This document shows positions 50,880-64,000 of a DNA stretch of 64,000 nt, piece by piece. The DNA is taken from NCBI RefSeq assembly GCF_964355755.1, contig NC_092679.1, positions 11,515,432 to 11,579,431 on the forward strand, in the 5' to 3' direction. The translations under genes and the position numbers were made by a program. The stretch is from Antedon mediterranea. Its lineage: Eukaryota > Animalia > Echinodermata. The notes beneath the pieces are model-generated. The model ran no database searches and had not been told where the DNA came from. It saw nothing but the letters and a program-made list of their open reading frames with translations. Every line of letters begins with the position of its first letter. The stretch's first letter is position 1.

Positions 50880-53800
50880 ATATTTGTGAGAAAATGGCGG
50901 ATTGCTCCTGGGAGTCACTTGGTGGGATTATACTAGGGTACCTCCTTAGTCGTCCAGTATAAGTAAGAGTAGGACCGCTGGTCCTGTTTACTCAGCCCTC
51001 ATCTTTTAAGTCTGAGTGTAACTCAATTACGTTTTTAATATTATAGTGAAATTTGATATTGTATTTGTGAGAAAATGGCGGATTGCTCCTGGGAGTCACT
51101 TGGTGAGATTATACTAGAGTACCTCCTTAGTCGTCCAGTATAAGTTCGGGTGGGACCACTGGTCCTGTTTACTCAGCCCTCATCTTTTTAATCTGAATGT
51201 AACTCAATTACGATTTTTAATATTATAGTGAAATTTGTTACTGTATTTGTGAGAAAATGGCGGATTGCTCCTGGGAGTCACTTGGTGGGATTATACTAGG
51301 GTACCTCCTTAGTCGTCCAGTATAAGTTAAAGTAGGACCACTGGTCCTGTTTACTCAGCCCTCATCTTTTAAATCTGAGTGTAACTCAATTACGATTTTT
51401 AATATTATAGTGAAATTTGATACTGTATTTGTAAGAAAATGGAAGATTGCTCCTGGGAGTCACTTAGTGGGATTATACTTGGGTACCTCCTTAGTCGTCC
51501 AGTATAAGTTAGAGTAGGACCGCTCGCCCTGTTTACTCAGCCCTCATCTTTTAAATCTGAGTGTAACTCAATTACGATTTTTAATATTATAGTGAAATTT
51601 GATACTGTATTTGTGAGAAAATGGCGGATTGCTCCTGGGAGTCACTTAGTGGGATTATACTAGGGTACCTCCTTAGTCGTCCAGTATAAGTTAGACTAGG
51701 ACCGCTGGTCCCGTTTACTCAGCCCTCATCTTTTAAATCTGAGTGTAACTCAATTACGATTTTTTATATAGTGAAATTTGATACTGTATTTGTGAGAAAA
51801 TGGCGGATTGCTCCTGGGAGTCACTTGGTGGGATTATACTAGGGTACCTCCTTAGTCGTCCAGTATAGTATAAGTTAAAGTAGGACCACTGGTCCTGTTT
51901 ACTCAGCCCTCATCTTTTAAATCTGAGTGTAACTCAATTACGATTTTTAATATTATAGTGAAATTTGATACTGTATTTGTGAGAAAATGGAAGATTGCTC
52001 CTGGGAGTCACTTGGTGGGATTATACTTGGGTACCTCCTTAGTCGTCCAGTATAAGTTAGAGTAGGACCGCTGGCCCTGTTTACTCAGCCCTCATCTTTT
52101 AAATCTGAGTGTAACTCAATTACGATTTTTAATATTATAGTGAAATTTGATACTGTATTTGTAAGAAAATGGCGGATTGCTCCTGGGAGTCACTTAGTGG
52201 GATTATACTAATGGACCTCCTTAATCGTCCAGTATAAGTTAGAGTAGGACCGCTTGTCCCGTTTACTCAGCCCCCTCATCTTTTCAATCTGAGTGTAACT
52301 CAATTACGATTTTTTATATAGTGAGATTTGATACTGTATTTGTGAGAAAATGGCGGATTGCTCCAGGGAGTCACTTGGTGGGATTATACTAGGGTACCTC
52401 CTTAGTCGTCCAGTATAAGTTAGAGTAGGACCGCTTGTCTTGTTTACTCAGCCCTCATCTTTTAAATCTGAGTGTAACTCAATTACGATTTTTAATATTA
52501 TAGTGAAATTTGATATTGTATTTGTGAGAAAATGGCGGATTGCTCCTGGGAGTCACTTGGTGAGATTATACTAGGATACCTCCTTAGTCGTCCAGTATAA
52601 GTTAGGGTGGGACCACTGGTCCCGTTTACTCAGCCCTCATCTTTTAAATCTGAGTGTAACTCAATTACGATTTTTTATATAGTGAAATTTGATACTGTAT
52701 TTGTGAGAAAATGGCGGATTGCTCCTGGGAGTCACTTGGTGGGATTATACTAGGGTACCTCCTTAGTCGTCCAGTATAAGTTAGAGTAGGACCACTGGTC
52801 CTGTTTACTCTCAGCCCTCATCTTTTAAATCTGAGTGTAACTCAATTACGATTTTTAATATTATAGTGAAATTTGATACTGTATTTGTGAGAAAATGGCG
52901 GATTGCTCCTGGGAGTCACTTGGTGGGATTATACTAGGGTACCTCCTTAGTCGTCCAGTATAAGTTAAAGTAGGACCACTGGTCCTGTTTACTCAGCCCT
53001 CATCTTTTAAATCTGAGTGTAACTCAATTACGATTTTTAATATTATAGTGAAATTTGATACTGTATTTGTGAGAAAATGGAAGATTGCTCTTGGGAATCA
53101 CTTGGTGGGATTATAATTGGGTACCTCCTTAGTCGTCCAGTATAAGTTAGAGTAGGACCGCTGGCCCTGTTTACTCAGCCCTTATCTTTTAAATCTGAGT
53201 GTAACTCAATTACGATTTTTATTATTATAGTGAAATTTGATACTGTATTTGTGAGAAAATGGCGGATTGCTCCTGGGAGTCACTTTGTGGGATTATACTA
53301 GGGTACCTCCTTAGTCGTCCAGTATAAGTTAGAGTAGGACCACTGGTCTTGTTTACTCAGCCCTCATCTTTTTAATCTGAGTGTAACTCAATTACGATTT
53401 TTAATATTATAGTGAAATTTGATACTGTATTTGTGAGAAAATGGCGGATTGCTCCTGGGAGTCACTTGGTGGGATTATACTAGGGTACCTCCTTAGTCGT
53501 CCAGTATAAGTTAAAGTAGGACCACTGGTCCTGTTTACTCAGCCCTCATCTTTTAAATCTGAGTGTAACTCAATTACGATTTTTAATATTATAGTGAAAT
53601 TTGATACTGTATTTGTGAGAAAATGGAAGATTGCTCCTGGGAGTCACTTGGTGGGATTATACTTGGGTACCTCCTTAGTCGTCCAGTATAAGTTAGAGTA
53701 GGACCGCTCGCCCTGTTTACTCAGCCCTCATCTTTTAAATCTGAGTGTAACTCAATTACGATTTTTAATATTATAGTGAAATTTGATACTGTATTTGTGA

Positions 53801-56800
53801 GAAAATGGCAGATTGCTCCTGGGAGTCACTTGGTGGGATTATACTAGGGTACCTCCTTAGTCGTCCAGTATAAGTTAGACTAGGACCGCTGGTCCCGTTT
53901 ACTCAGCCCTCATCTTTTAAATCTGAGTGTAACTCAATTACGATTTTTTATATAGTGAAATTTGATACTGTATTTGTGAGAAAATGGCGGATTGCTCCTG
54001 GGAGTCACTTGGTGGGATTATACTAGGGTACCTCCTTAGTCGTCCAGTATAGTATAAGTTAAAGTAGGACCACTGGTCCTGTTTACTCAGCCCTCATCTT
54101 TTAAATCTGAGTGTAACTCAATTACGATTTTTAATATTATAGTGAAATTTGATACTGTATTTGTGAGAAAATGGAAGATTGCTCCTGGGAGTCACTTGGT
54201 GGGATTATACTTGGGTACCTCCTTAGTCGTCCAGTATAAGTTAGACTAGGACCGCTGGCCCTGTTTACTCAGCCCTCATCTTTTAAATCTGAGTGTAACT
54301 CAATTACGATTTTTAATATTATAGTGAAATTTGATACTGTATTTGTGAGAAAATGGCGGATTGCTCCTGGGAGTCACTTAGTGGGATTATACTAATGGAC
54401 CTACTTAATCGTCCAGTATAAGTTAGAGTAGGACCGCTGGTCCCGTTTACTCAGCCCTCATCTTTTAAATCTGAGTGTAACTCAATTACGATTTTTTATA
54501 TAGTGAAATTTGATACTGTATTTGTGAGAAAATGGCGGATTGCTCCTGGGAGTCACTTGGTGGGATTATACTAGGGTACCTCCTTAGTCGTCCAGTATAA
54601 GTTAAAGTAGGACCACTGGTCCTGTTTACTGAGCCCTCATCTTTTAAATCTGAGTGTAACTCAATTACGATTTTTAATATTATAGTGAAATTTGATACTG
54701 TATTTGTGAGAAAATGGAAGATTGCTCCTGGGAGTCACTTGGTGGGATTATACTTGGGTACCTCCTTAGTCGTCCAGTATAAGTTAGGGTGGGACCACTT
54801 GTCCCGTTTACTCAGACCTTATCTTTTAAATCTGAGTGTAACTCAATTACGATTTTTTAAATAGTGACATTTGATACTGTATTTGTGAGAAAATGGCGGA
54901 TTGCTCCTGGGAGTCACTTGGTGGGATTATATTAGGGTACCTCCTTAGTCGTCCAGTATAAGTTAGAGTAGGACCACTGGTCCTGTTTACTCAGCCCTCA
55001 TATTTTTAATCTGAGTGTAACTCAATTACGATTTTTAATATTATAGTGAAATTTGATACTGTATTTGTGAGAAAATGGCGGATTGCTCCTGGGAGTCACT
55101 TGGTGGGATTATACTAGGGTACCTCCTTAGTCGTCCAGAATAAGTTAAAGTAGGACCACTGGTCCTGTTTACTCAGCCCTCATCTTTTAAATCTGAGTGT
55201 AACTCAATTACGATTTTTAATATTATATTGAAATTTGATACTGTATTTGTGAGAAAATGGAAGATTGCTCCTGGGAGTCACTTGGTGGGATTATACTTGG
55301 GTACCTCCTTAGTCGTCCAGTATAAGTTAGAGTAGGACCGCTGGCCCTGTTTACTCAGCCCTCATCTTTTAAATCTGAGTGTAACTCAATTACGATTTTT
55401 AATATTATAGTGAAATTTGATACTGTATTTGTGAGAAAATGGAAGATTGCTCCTGGGAGTCACTTGGTGGGATTATACTTGGGTACCTCCTTAGTCGTCC
55501 AGTATAAGTTAGAGTAGGACCGCTGGCCTTGTTTACTCAGCCCTCATCTTTTAAATCTGAGTGTAAGTCAATTACGATTTTTAATATTATAGTGAAATTT
55601 GATACTGTATTTGTGAGAAAATGGCGGATTGCTCCTGGGAGTCACTTAGTGGGATTATACTAATGGACCTACTTAATCGTCCAGTATAAGTTAGAGTAGG
55701 ACCGCTGGTCCCGTTTACTCAGCCCTCATCTTTTAAATCTGAGTGTAACTCAATTACGATTTTTTATATAGTGAAATTTGATACTGTATTTGTGAGAAAA
55801 TGGCGGATTGCTCCTGGGAGTCACTTGGTGGGATTATACTAGGGTACCTCCTTAGTCGTCCAGTATAAGTTAAAGTAGGACCACTGGTCCTGTTTACTCA
55901 GCCCTCATCTTTTAAATCTGAGTGTAACTCAATTACGATTTTTAATATTATAGTTAATATTGATACTGTATTTGTGAGAAAATGGAAGATTGCTCCTGGG
56001 AGTCACTTGGTGGGATTATACTTGGGTACCTCCTTAGTCGTCCAGTATAAGTTAGGGTGGGACCTCTTGTCCCGTTTACTCAGCCCTTATCTTTTAAATC
56101 TGAGTGTAACTCAATTACGATTTTTTATATAGTGAAATTTGATACTGTATTTGTGAGAAAATGGCGCATTGCTCCTGGGAGTCACTTGGTGGGATTATAC
56201 TAGGGTACCTCCTTAGTGGTCCAGTATAAGTAAGAGTAGGACCGCTGGTCCTGTTTACTCAGCCCTCATCTTTTAAATCTGAGTGTAACTCAATTACGTT
56301 TTTAATATTATAGTGAAATTTGATATTGTATTTGTGAGAAAATGGCGGATTGCTCCTGGGAGTCACTTGGTGAGATTATACTAGAGTACCTCCTTAGTCG
56401 TCCAGTATAAGTTCGGGTGGGACCACTGGTCCTGTTTACTCAGCCCTCATCTTTTTAATCTGAATGTAACTCAATTACGATTTTTAATATTATAGTGAAA
56501 TTTGTTACTGTATTTGTGAGAAAATGGCGGATTGCTCCTGGGAGTCACTTGGTGGGATTATACTAGGGTACCTCCTTAGTCGTCCAGTATAAGTTAAAGT
56601 AGGACCACTGGTCCTGTTTACTCAGCCCTCATCTTTTAAATCTGAGTGTAACTCAATTACGATTTTTAATATTATAGTGAAATTTGATACTGTATTTGTA
56701 AGAAAATGGAAGATTGCTCCTGGGAGTCACTTAGTGGGATTATACTTGGGTACCTCCTTAGTCGTCCAGTATAAGTTAGAGTAGGACCGCTCGCCCTGTT

Positions 56801-59800
56801 TACTCAGCCCTCATCTTTTAAATCTGAGTGTAACTCAATTACGATTTTTAATATTATAGTGAAATTTGATACTGTATTTGTGAGAAAATGGAAGATTGCT
56901 CCTGGGAGTCACTTAGTGGGATTATACTAGGGTACCTACTTAATCGTCCAGTATAAGTTAGACTAGGACCGCTGGTCCCGTTTACTCAGCCCTCATCTTT
57001 TAAATCTGAGTGTAACTCAATTACGATTTTTTATATAGTGAAATTTGATACTGTATTTGTGAGAAAATGGCGGATTGCTCCTGGGAGTCACTTGGTGGGA
57101 TTATACTAGGGTACCTCCTTAGTCGTCCAGTATAGTATAAGTTAAAGTAGGACCACTGGTCCTGTTTACTCAGCCCTCATCTTTTAAATCTGAGTGTAAC
57201 TCAATTACGATTTTTAATATTATAGTGAAATTTGATACTGTATTTGTGAGAAAATGGAAGATTGCTCCTGGGAGTCACTTGGTGGGATTATACTTGGGTA
57301 CCTCCTTAGTCGTCCAGTATAAGTTAGAGTAGGACCGCTGGCCCTGTTTACTCAGCCCTCATCTTTTAAATCTGAGTGTAACTCAATTACGATTTTTAAT
57401 ATTATAGTGAAATTTGATACTGTATTTGTAAGAAAATGGCGGATTGCTCCTGGGAGTCACTTAGTGGGATTATACTAATGGACCTCCTTAATCGTCCAGT
57501 ATAAGTTAGAGTAGGACCGCTTGTCCCGTTTACTCAGCCCCCTCATCTTTTCAATCTGAGTGTAACTCAATTACGATTTTTTATATAGTGAGATTTGATA
57601 CTGTATTTGTGAGAAAATGGCGGATTGCTCCAGGGAGTCACTTGGTGGGATTATACTAGGGTACCTCCTTAGTCGTCCAGTATAAGTTAGAGGAGGACCG
57701 CTTGTCCTGTTTACTCAGCCCTCATCTTTTAAATCTGAGTGTAACTCAATTACGATTTTTAATATTATAGTGAAATTTGATATTGTATTTGTGAGAAAAT
57801 GGCGGATTGCTCCTGGGAGTCACTTGGTGAGATTATACTAGGATACCTCCTTAGTCGTCCAGTATAAGTTAGGGTGGGACCACTGGTCCCGTTTACTCAG
57901 CCCTCATCTTTTAAATCTGAGTGTAACTCAATTACGATTTTTTATATAGTGAAATTTGATACTGTATTTGTGAGAAAATGGCGGATTGCTCCTGGGAGTC
58001 ACTTGGTGGGATTATACTAGGGTACCTCCTTAGTCGTCCAGTATAAGTTAGAGTAGGACCACTGGTCCTGTTTACTCTCAGCCCTCATCTTTTAAATCTG
58101 AGTGTAACTCAATTACGATTTTTAATATTATAGTGAAATTTGATACTGTATTTGTGAGAAAATGGCGGATTGCTCCTGGGAGTCACTTGGTGGGATTATA
58201 CTAGGGTACCTCCTTAGTCGTCCAGTATAAGTTAAAGTAGGACCACTGGTCCTGTTTACTCAGCCCTCATCTTTTAAATCTGAGTGTAACTCAATTACGA
58301 TTTTTAATATTATAGTGAAATTTGATACTGTATTTGTGAGAAAATGGAAGATTGCTCCTGGGAGTCACTTGGTGGGATTATACTTGGGTACCTCCTTAGT
58401 CGTCCAGTATAAGTTAGAGTAGGACCGCTGGCCCTGTTTACTCAGCCCTCATCTTTTAAATCTGAGTGTAACTCAATTACGATTTTTAATATTATAGTGA
58501 AATTTGATACTGTATTTGTAAGAAAATGGCGGATTGCTCCTGGGAGTCACTTAGTGGGATTATACTAATGGACCTCCTTAATCGTCCAGTATAAGTTAGA
58601 GTAGGACCGCTTGTCCCGTTTACTCAGCCCCCTCATCTTTTCAATCTGAGTGTAACTCAATTACGATTTTTTATATAGTGAGATTTGATACTGTATTTGT
58701 GAGAAAATGGCGGATTGCTCCAGGGAGTCACTTGGTGGGATTATACTAGGGTACCTCCTTAGTCGTCCAGTATAAGTTAGAGTAGGACCGCTTGTCTTGT
58801 TTACTCAGCCCTCATCTTTTAAATCTGAGTGTAACTCAATTACGATTTTTAATATTATAGTGAAATTTGATATTGTATTTGTGAGAAAATGGCGGATTGC
58901 TCCTGGGAGTCACTTGGTGAGATTATACTAGGATACCTCCTTAGTCGTCCAGTATAAGTTAGGGTGGGACCACTGGTCCCGTTTACTCAGCCCTCATCTT
59001 TTAAATCTGAGTGTAACTCAATTACGATTTTTTATATAGTGAAATTTGATACTGTATTTGTGAGAAAATGGCGGATTGCTCCTGGGAGTCACTTGGTGGG
59101 ATTATACTAGGGTACCTCCTTAGTCGTCCAGTATAAGTTAGAGTAGGACCACTGGTCCTGTTTACTCTCAGCCCTCATCTTTTAAATCTGAGTGTAACTC
59201 AATTACGATTTTTAATATTATAGTGAAATTTGATACTGTATTTGTGAGAAAATGGCGGATTGCTCCTGGGAGTCACTTGGTGGGATTATACTAGGGTACC
59301 TCCTTAGTCGTCCAGTATAAGTTAAAGTAGGACCACTGGTCCTGTTTACTCAGCCCTCATCTTTTAAATCTGAGTGTAACTCAATTACGATTTTTAATAT
59401 TATAGTGAAATTTGATACTGTATTTGTGAGAAAATGGAAGATTGCTCTTGGGAATCACTTGGTGGGATTATAATTGGGTACCTCCTTAGTCGTCCAGTAT
59501 AAGTTAGAGTAGGACCGCTGGCCCTGTTTACTCAGCCCTTATCTTTTAAATCTGAGTGTAACTCAATTACGATTTTTATTATTATAGTGAAATTTGATAC
59601 TGTATTTGTGAGAAAATGGCGGATTGCTCCTGGGAGTCACTTTGTGGGATTATACTAGGGTACCTCCTTAGTCGTCCAGTATAAGTTAGAGTAGGACCAC
59701 TGGTCTTGTTTACTCAGCCCTCATCTTTTTAATCTGAGTGTAACTCAATTACGATTTTTAATATTATAGTGAAATTTGATACTGTATTTGTGAGAAAATG

Positions 59801-62800
59801 GCGGATTGCTCCTGGGAGTCACTTGGTGGGATTATACTAGGGTACCTCCTTAGTCGTCCAGTATAAGTTAAAGTAGGACCACTGGTCCTGTTTACTCAGC
59901 CCTCATCTTTTAAATCTGAGTGTAACTCAATTACGATTTTTAATATTATAGTGAAATTTGATACTGTATTTGTGAGAAAATGGAAGATTGCTCCTGGGAG
60001 TCACTTGGTGGGATTATACTTGGGTACCTCCTTAGTCGTCCAGTATAAGTTAGAGTAGGACCGCTCGCCCTGTTTACTCAGCCCTCATCTTTTAAATCTG
60101 AGTGTAACTCAATTACGATTTTTAATATTATAGTGAAATTTGATACTGTATTTGTGAGAAAATGGCAGATTGCTCCTGGGAGTCACTTGGTGGGATTATA
60201 CTAGGGTACCTCCTTAGTCGTCCAGTATAAGTTAGACTAGGACCGCTGGTCCCGTTTACTCAGCCCTCATCTTTTAAATCTGAGTGTAACTCAATTACGA
60301 TTTTTTATATAGTGAAATTTGATACTGTATTTGTGAGAAAATGGCGGATTGCTCCTGGGAGTCACTTGGTGGGATTATACTAGGGTACCTCCTTAGTCGT
60401 CCAGTATAGTATAAGTTAAAGTAGGACCACTGGTCCTGTTTACTCAGCCCTCATCTTTTAAATCTGAGTGTAACTCAATTACGATTTTTAATATTATAGT
60501 GAAATTTGATACTGTATTTGTGAGAAAATGGAAGATTGCTCCTGGGAGTCACTTGGTGGGATTATACTTGGGTACCTCCTTAGTCGTCCAGTATAAGTTA
60601 GACTAGGACCGCTGGCCCTGTTTACTCAGCCCTCATCTTTTAAATCTGAGTGTAACTCAATTACGATTTTTAATATTATAGTGAAATTTGATACTGTATT
60701 TGTGAGAAAATGGCGGATTGCTCCTGGGAGTCACTTAGTGGGATTATACTAATGGACCTACTTAATCGTCCAGTATAAGTTAGAGTAGGACCGCTGGTCC
60801 CGTTTACTCAGCCCTCATCTTTTAAATCTGAGTGTAACTCAATTACGATTTTTTATATAGTGAAATTTGATACTGTATTTGTGAGAAAATGGCGGATTGC
60901 TCCTGGGAGTCACTTGGTGGGATTATACTAGGGTACCTCCTTAGTCGTCCAGTATAAGTTAAAGTAGGACCACTGGTCCTGTTTACTGAGCCCTCATCTT
61001 TTAAATCTGAGTGTAACTCAATTACGATTTTTAATATTATAGTGAAATTTGATACTGTATTTGTGAGAAAATGGAAGATTGCTCCTGGGAGTCACTTGGT
61101 GGGATTATACTTGGGTACCTCCTTAGTCGTCCAGTATAAGTTAGGGTGGGACCACTTGTCCCGTTTACTCAGACCTTATCTTTTAAATCTGAGTGTAACT
61201 CAATTACGATTTTTTAAATAGTGACATTTGATACTGTATTTGTGAGAAAATGGCGGATTGCTCCTGGGAGTCACTTGGTGGGATTATATTAGGGTACCTC
61301 CTTAGTCGTCCAGTATAAGTTAGAGTAGGACCACTGGTCCTGTTTACTCAGCCCTCATATTTTTAATCTGAGTGTAACTCAATTACGATTTTTAATATTA
61401 TAGTGAAATTTGATACTGTATTTGTGAGAAAATGGCGGATTGCTCCTGGGAGTCACTTGGTGGGATTATACTAGGGTACCTCCTTAGTCGTCCAGAATAA
61501 GTTAAAGTAGGACCACTGGTCCTGTTTACTCAGCCCTCATCTTTTAAATCTGAGTGTAACTCAATTACGATTTTTAATATTATATTGAAATTTGATACTG
61601 TATTTGTGAGAAAATGGAAGATTGCTCCTGGGAGTCACTTGGTGGGATTATACTTGGGTACCTCCTTAGTCGTCCAGTATAAGTTAGAGTAGGACCGCTG
61701 GCCCTGTTTACTCAGCCCTCATCTTTTAAATCTGAGTGTAACTCAATTACGATTTTTAATATTATAGTGAAATTTGATACTGTATTTGTGAGAAAATGGA
61801 AGATTGCTCCTGGGAGTCACTTGGTGGGATTATACTTGGGTACCTCCTTAGTCGTCCAGTATAAGTTAGAGTAGGACCGCTGGCCTTGTTTACTCAGCCC
61901 TCATCTTTTAAATCTGAGTGTAAGTCAATTACGATTTTTAATATTATAGTGAAATTTGATACTGTATTTGTGAGAAAATGGCGGATTGCTCCTGGGAGTC
62001 ACTTAGTGGGATTATACTAATGGACCTACTTAATCGTCCAGTATAAGTTAGAGTAGGACCGCTGGTCCCGTTTACTCAGCCCTCATCTTTTAAATCTGAG
62101 TGTAACTCAATTACGATTTTTTATATAGTGAAATTTGATACTGTATTTGTGAGAAAATGGCGGATTGCTCCTGGGAGTCACTTGGTGGGATTATACTAGG
62201 GTACCTCCTTAGTCGTCCAGTATAAGTTAAAGTAGGACCACTGGTCCTGTTTACTCAGCCCTCATCTTTTAAATCTGAGTGTAACTCAATTACGATTTTT
62301 AATATTATAGTTAATATTGATACTGTATTTGTGAGAAAATGGAAGATTGCTCCTGGGAGTCACTTGGTGGGATTATACTTGGGTACCTCCTTAGTCGTCC
62401 AGTATAAGTTAGGGTGGGACCTCTTGTCCCGTTTACTCAGCCCTTATCTTTTAAATCTGAGTGTAACTCAATTACGATTTTTTATATAGTGAAATTTGAT
62501 ACTGTATTTGTGAGAAAATGGCGCATTGCTCCTGGGAGTCACTTGGTGGGATTATACTAGGGTACCTCCTTAGTGGTCCAGTATAAGTAAGAGTAGGACC
62601 GCTGGTCCTGTTTACTCAGCCCTCATCTTTTAAATCTGAGTGTAACTCAATTACGTTTTTAATATTATAGTGAAATTTGATATTGTATTTGTGAGAAAAT
62701 GGCGGATTGCTCCTGGGAGTCACTTGGTGAGATTATACTAGAGTACCTCCTTAGTCGTCCAGTATAAGTTCGGGTGGGACCACTGGTCCTGTTTACTCAG

Positions 62801-64000
62801 CCCTCATCTTTTTAATCTGAATGTAACTCAATTACGATTTTTAATATTATAGTGAAATTTGTTACTGTATTTGTGAGAAAATGGCGGATTGCTCCTGGGA
62901 GTCACTTGGTGGGATTATACTAGGGTACCTCCTTAGTCGTCCAGTATAAGTTAAAGTAGGACCACTGGTCCTGTTTACTCAGCCCTCATCTTTTAAATCT
63001 GAGTGTAACTCAATTACGATTTTTAATATTATAGTGAAATTTGATACTGTATTTGTAAGAAAATGGAAGATTGCTCCTGGGAGTCACTTAGTGGGATTAT
63101 ACTTGGGTACCTCCTTAGTCGTCCAGTATAAGTTAGAGTAGGACCGCTCGCCCTGTTTACTCAGCCCTCATCTTTTAAATCTGAGTGTAACTCAATTACG
63201 ATTTTTAATATTATAGTGAAATTTGATACTGTATTTGTGAGAAAATGGAAGATTGCTCCTGGGAGTCACTTAGTGGGATTATACTAGGGTACCTACTTAA
63301 TCGTCCAGTATAAGTTAGACTAGGACCGCTGGTCCCGTTTACTCAGCCCTCATCTTTTAAATCTGAGTGTAACTCAATTACGATTTTTTATATAGTGAAA
63401 TTTGATACTGTATTTGTGAGAAAATGGCGGATTGCTCCTGGGAGTCACTTGGTGGGATTATACTAGGGTACCTCCTTAGTCGTCCAGTATAGTATAAGTT
63501 AAAGTAGGACCACTGGTCCTGTTTACTCAGCCCTCATCTTTTAAATCTGAGTGTAACTCAATTACGATTTTTAATATTATAGTGAAATTTGATACTGTAT
63601 TTGTGAGAAAATGGAAGATTGCTCCTGGGAGTCACTTGGTGGGATTATACTTGGGTACCTCCTTAGTCGTCCAGTATAAGTTAGAGTAGGACCGCTGGCC
63701 CTGTTTACTCAGCCCTCATCTTTTAAATCTGAGTGTAACTCAATTACGATTTTTAATATTATAGTGAAATTTGATACTGTATTTGTAAGAAAATGGCGGA
63801 TTGCTCCTGGGAGTCACTTAGTGGGATTATACTAATGGACCTCCTTAATCGTCCAGTATAAGTTAGAGTAGGACCGCTTGTCCCGTTTACTCAGCCCCCT
63901 CATCTTTTCAATCTGAGTGTAACTCAATTACGATTTTTTATATAGTGAGATTTGATACTGTATTTGTGAGAAAATGGCGGATTGCTCCAGGGAGTCACTT
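50880..64000. repeat. ~182-bp satellite array (about 72 monomers, running off the window) with a 29-mer higher-order repeat
   Basis: Monomer ATG landmarks at 50894, 51075, 51257, 51439, 51621... Rare variants recur at 5267-bp spacing (gttcggg 51144/56411; ctccagg 52361/57628 and 58718/63985). Confidence 0.98.

Noticed and set aside
50900-51010. Hammerhead or HDV-like ribozyme in the monomer
   Set aside because: No CUGANGA...GAAA core on either strand. An attempted HDV fit fails at P3 and P1.1.
50880-64000. CRISPR array or tandem tRNA/5S/snRNA gene cluster
   Set aside because: There are no unique spacers, no cloverleaf, no A/B boxes and no recognisable 5S or snRNA sequence, and the context is eukaryotic.

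Overview
AT-rich, intron-containing animal genomic DNA, probably a marine invertebrate (inference only). It holds three spliced protein genes: the 3' half of a cyclic-nucleotide-gated channel (+, 477-5168), a complete 4-exon class A peptide-type GPCR (+, 21307-26573) and a complete 6-exon TEDC1 orthologue (-, 50725-35906). Intergenic DNA and introns contain one near-intact CR1/L2-group LINE, LINE remnants, many MITE/foldback elements (some nested) and minisatellites. The last 13 kb is a homogeneous ~182-bp satellite with a 29-monomer (5267-bp) higher-order repeat. It begins abruptly about 155 bp upstream of the TEDC1 start codon. Each monomer has several dyad symmetries and an intact 22-codon micro-ORF, and most carry a YY1-type motif. 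All calls come from reading the sequence by eye; no searches were run.
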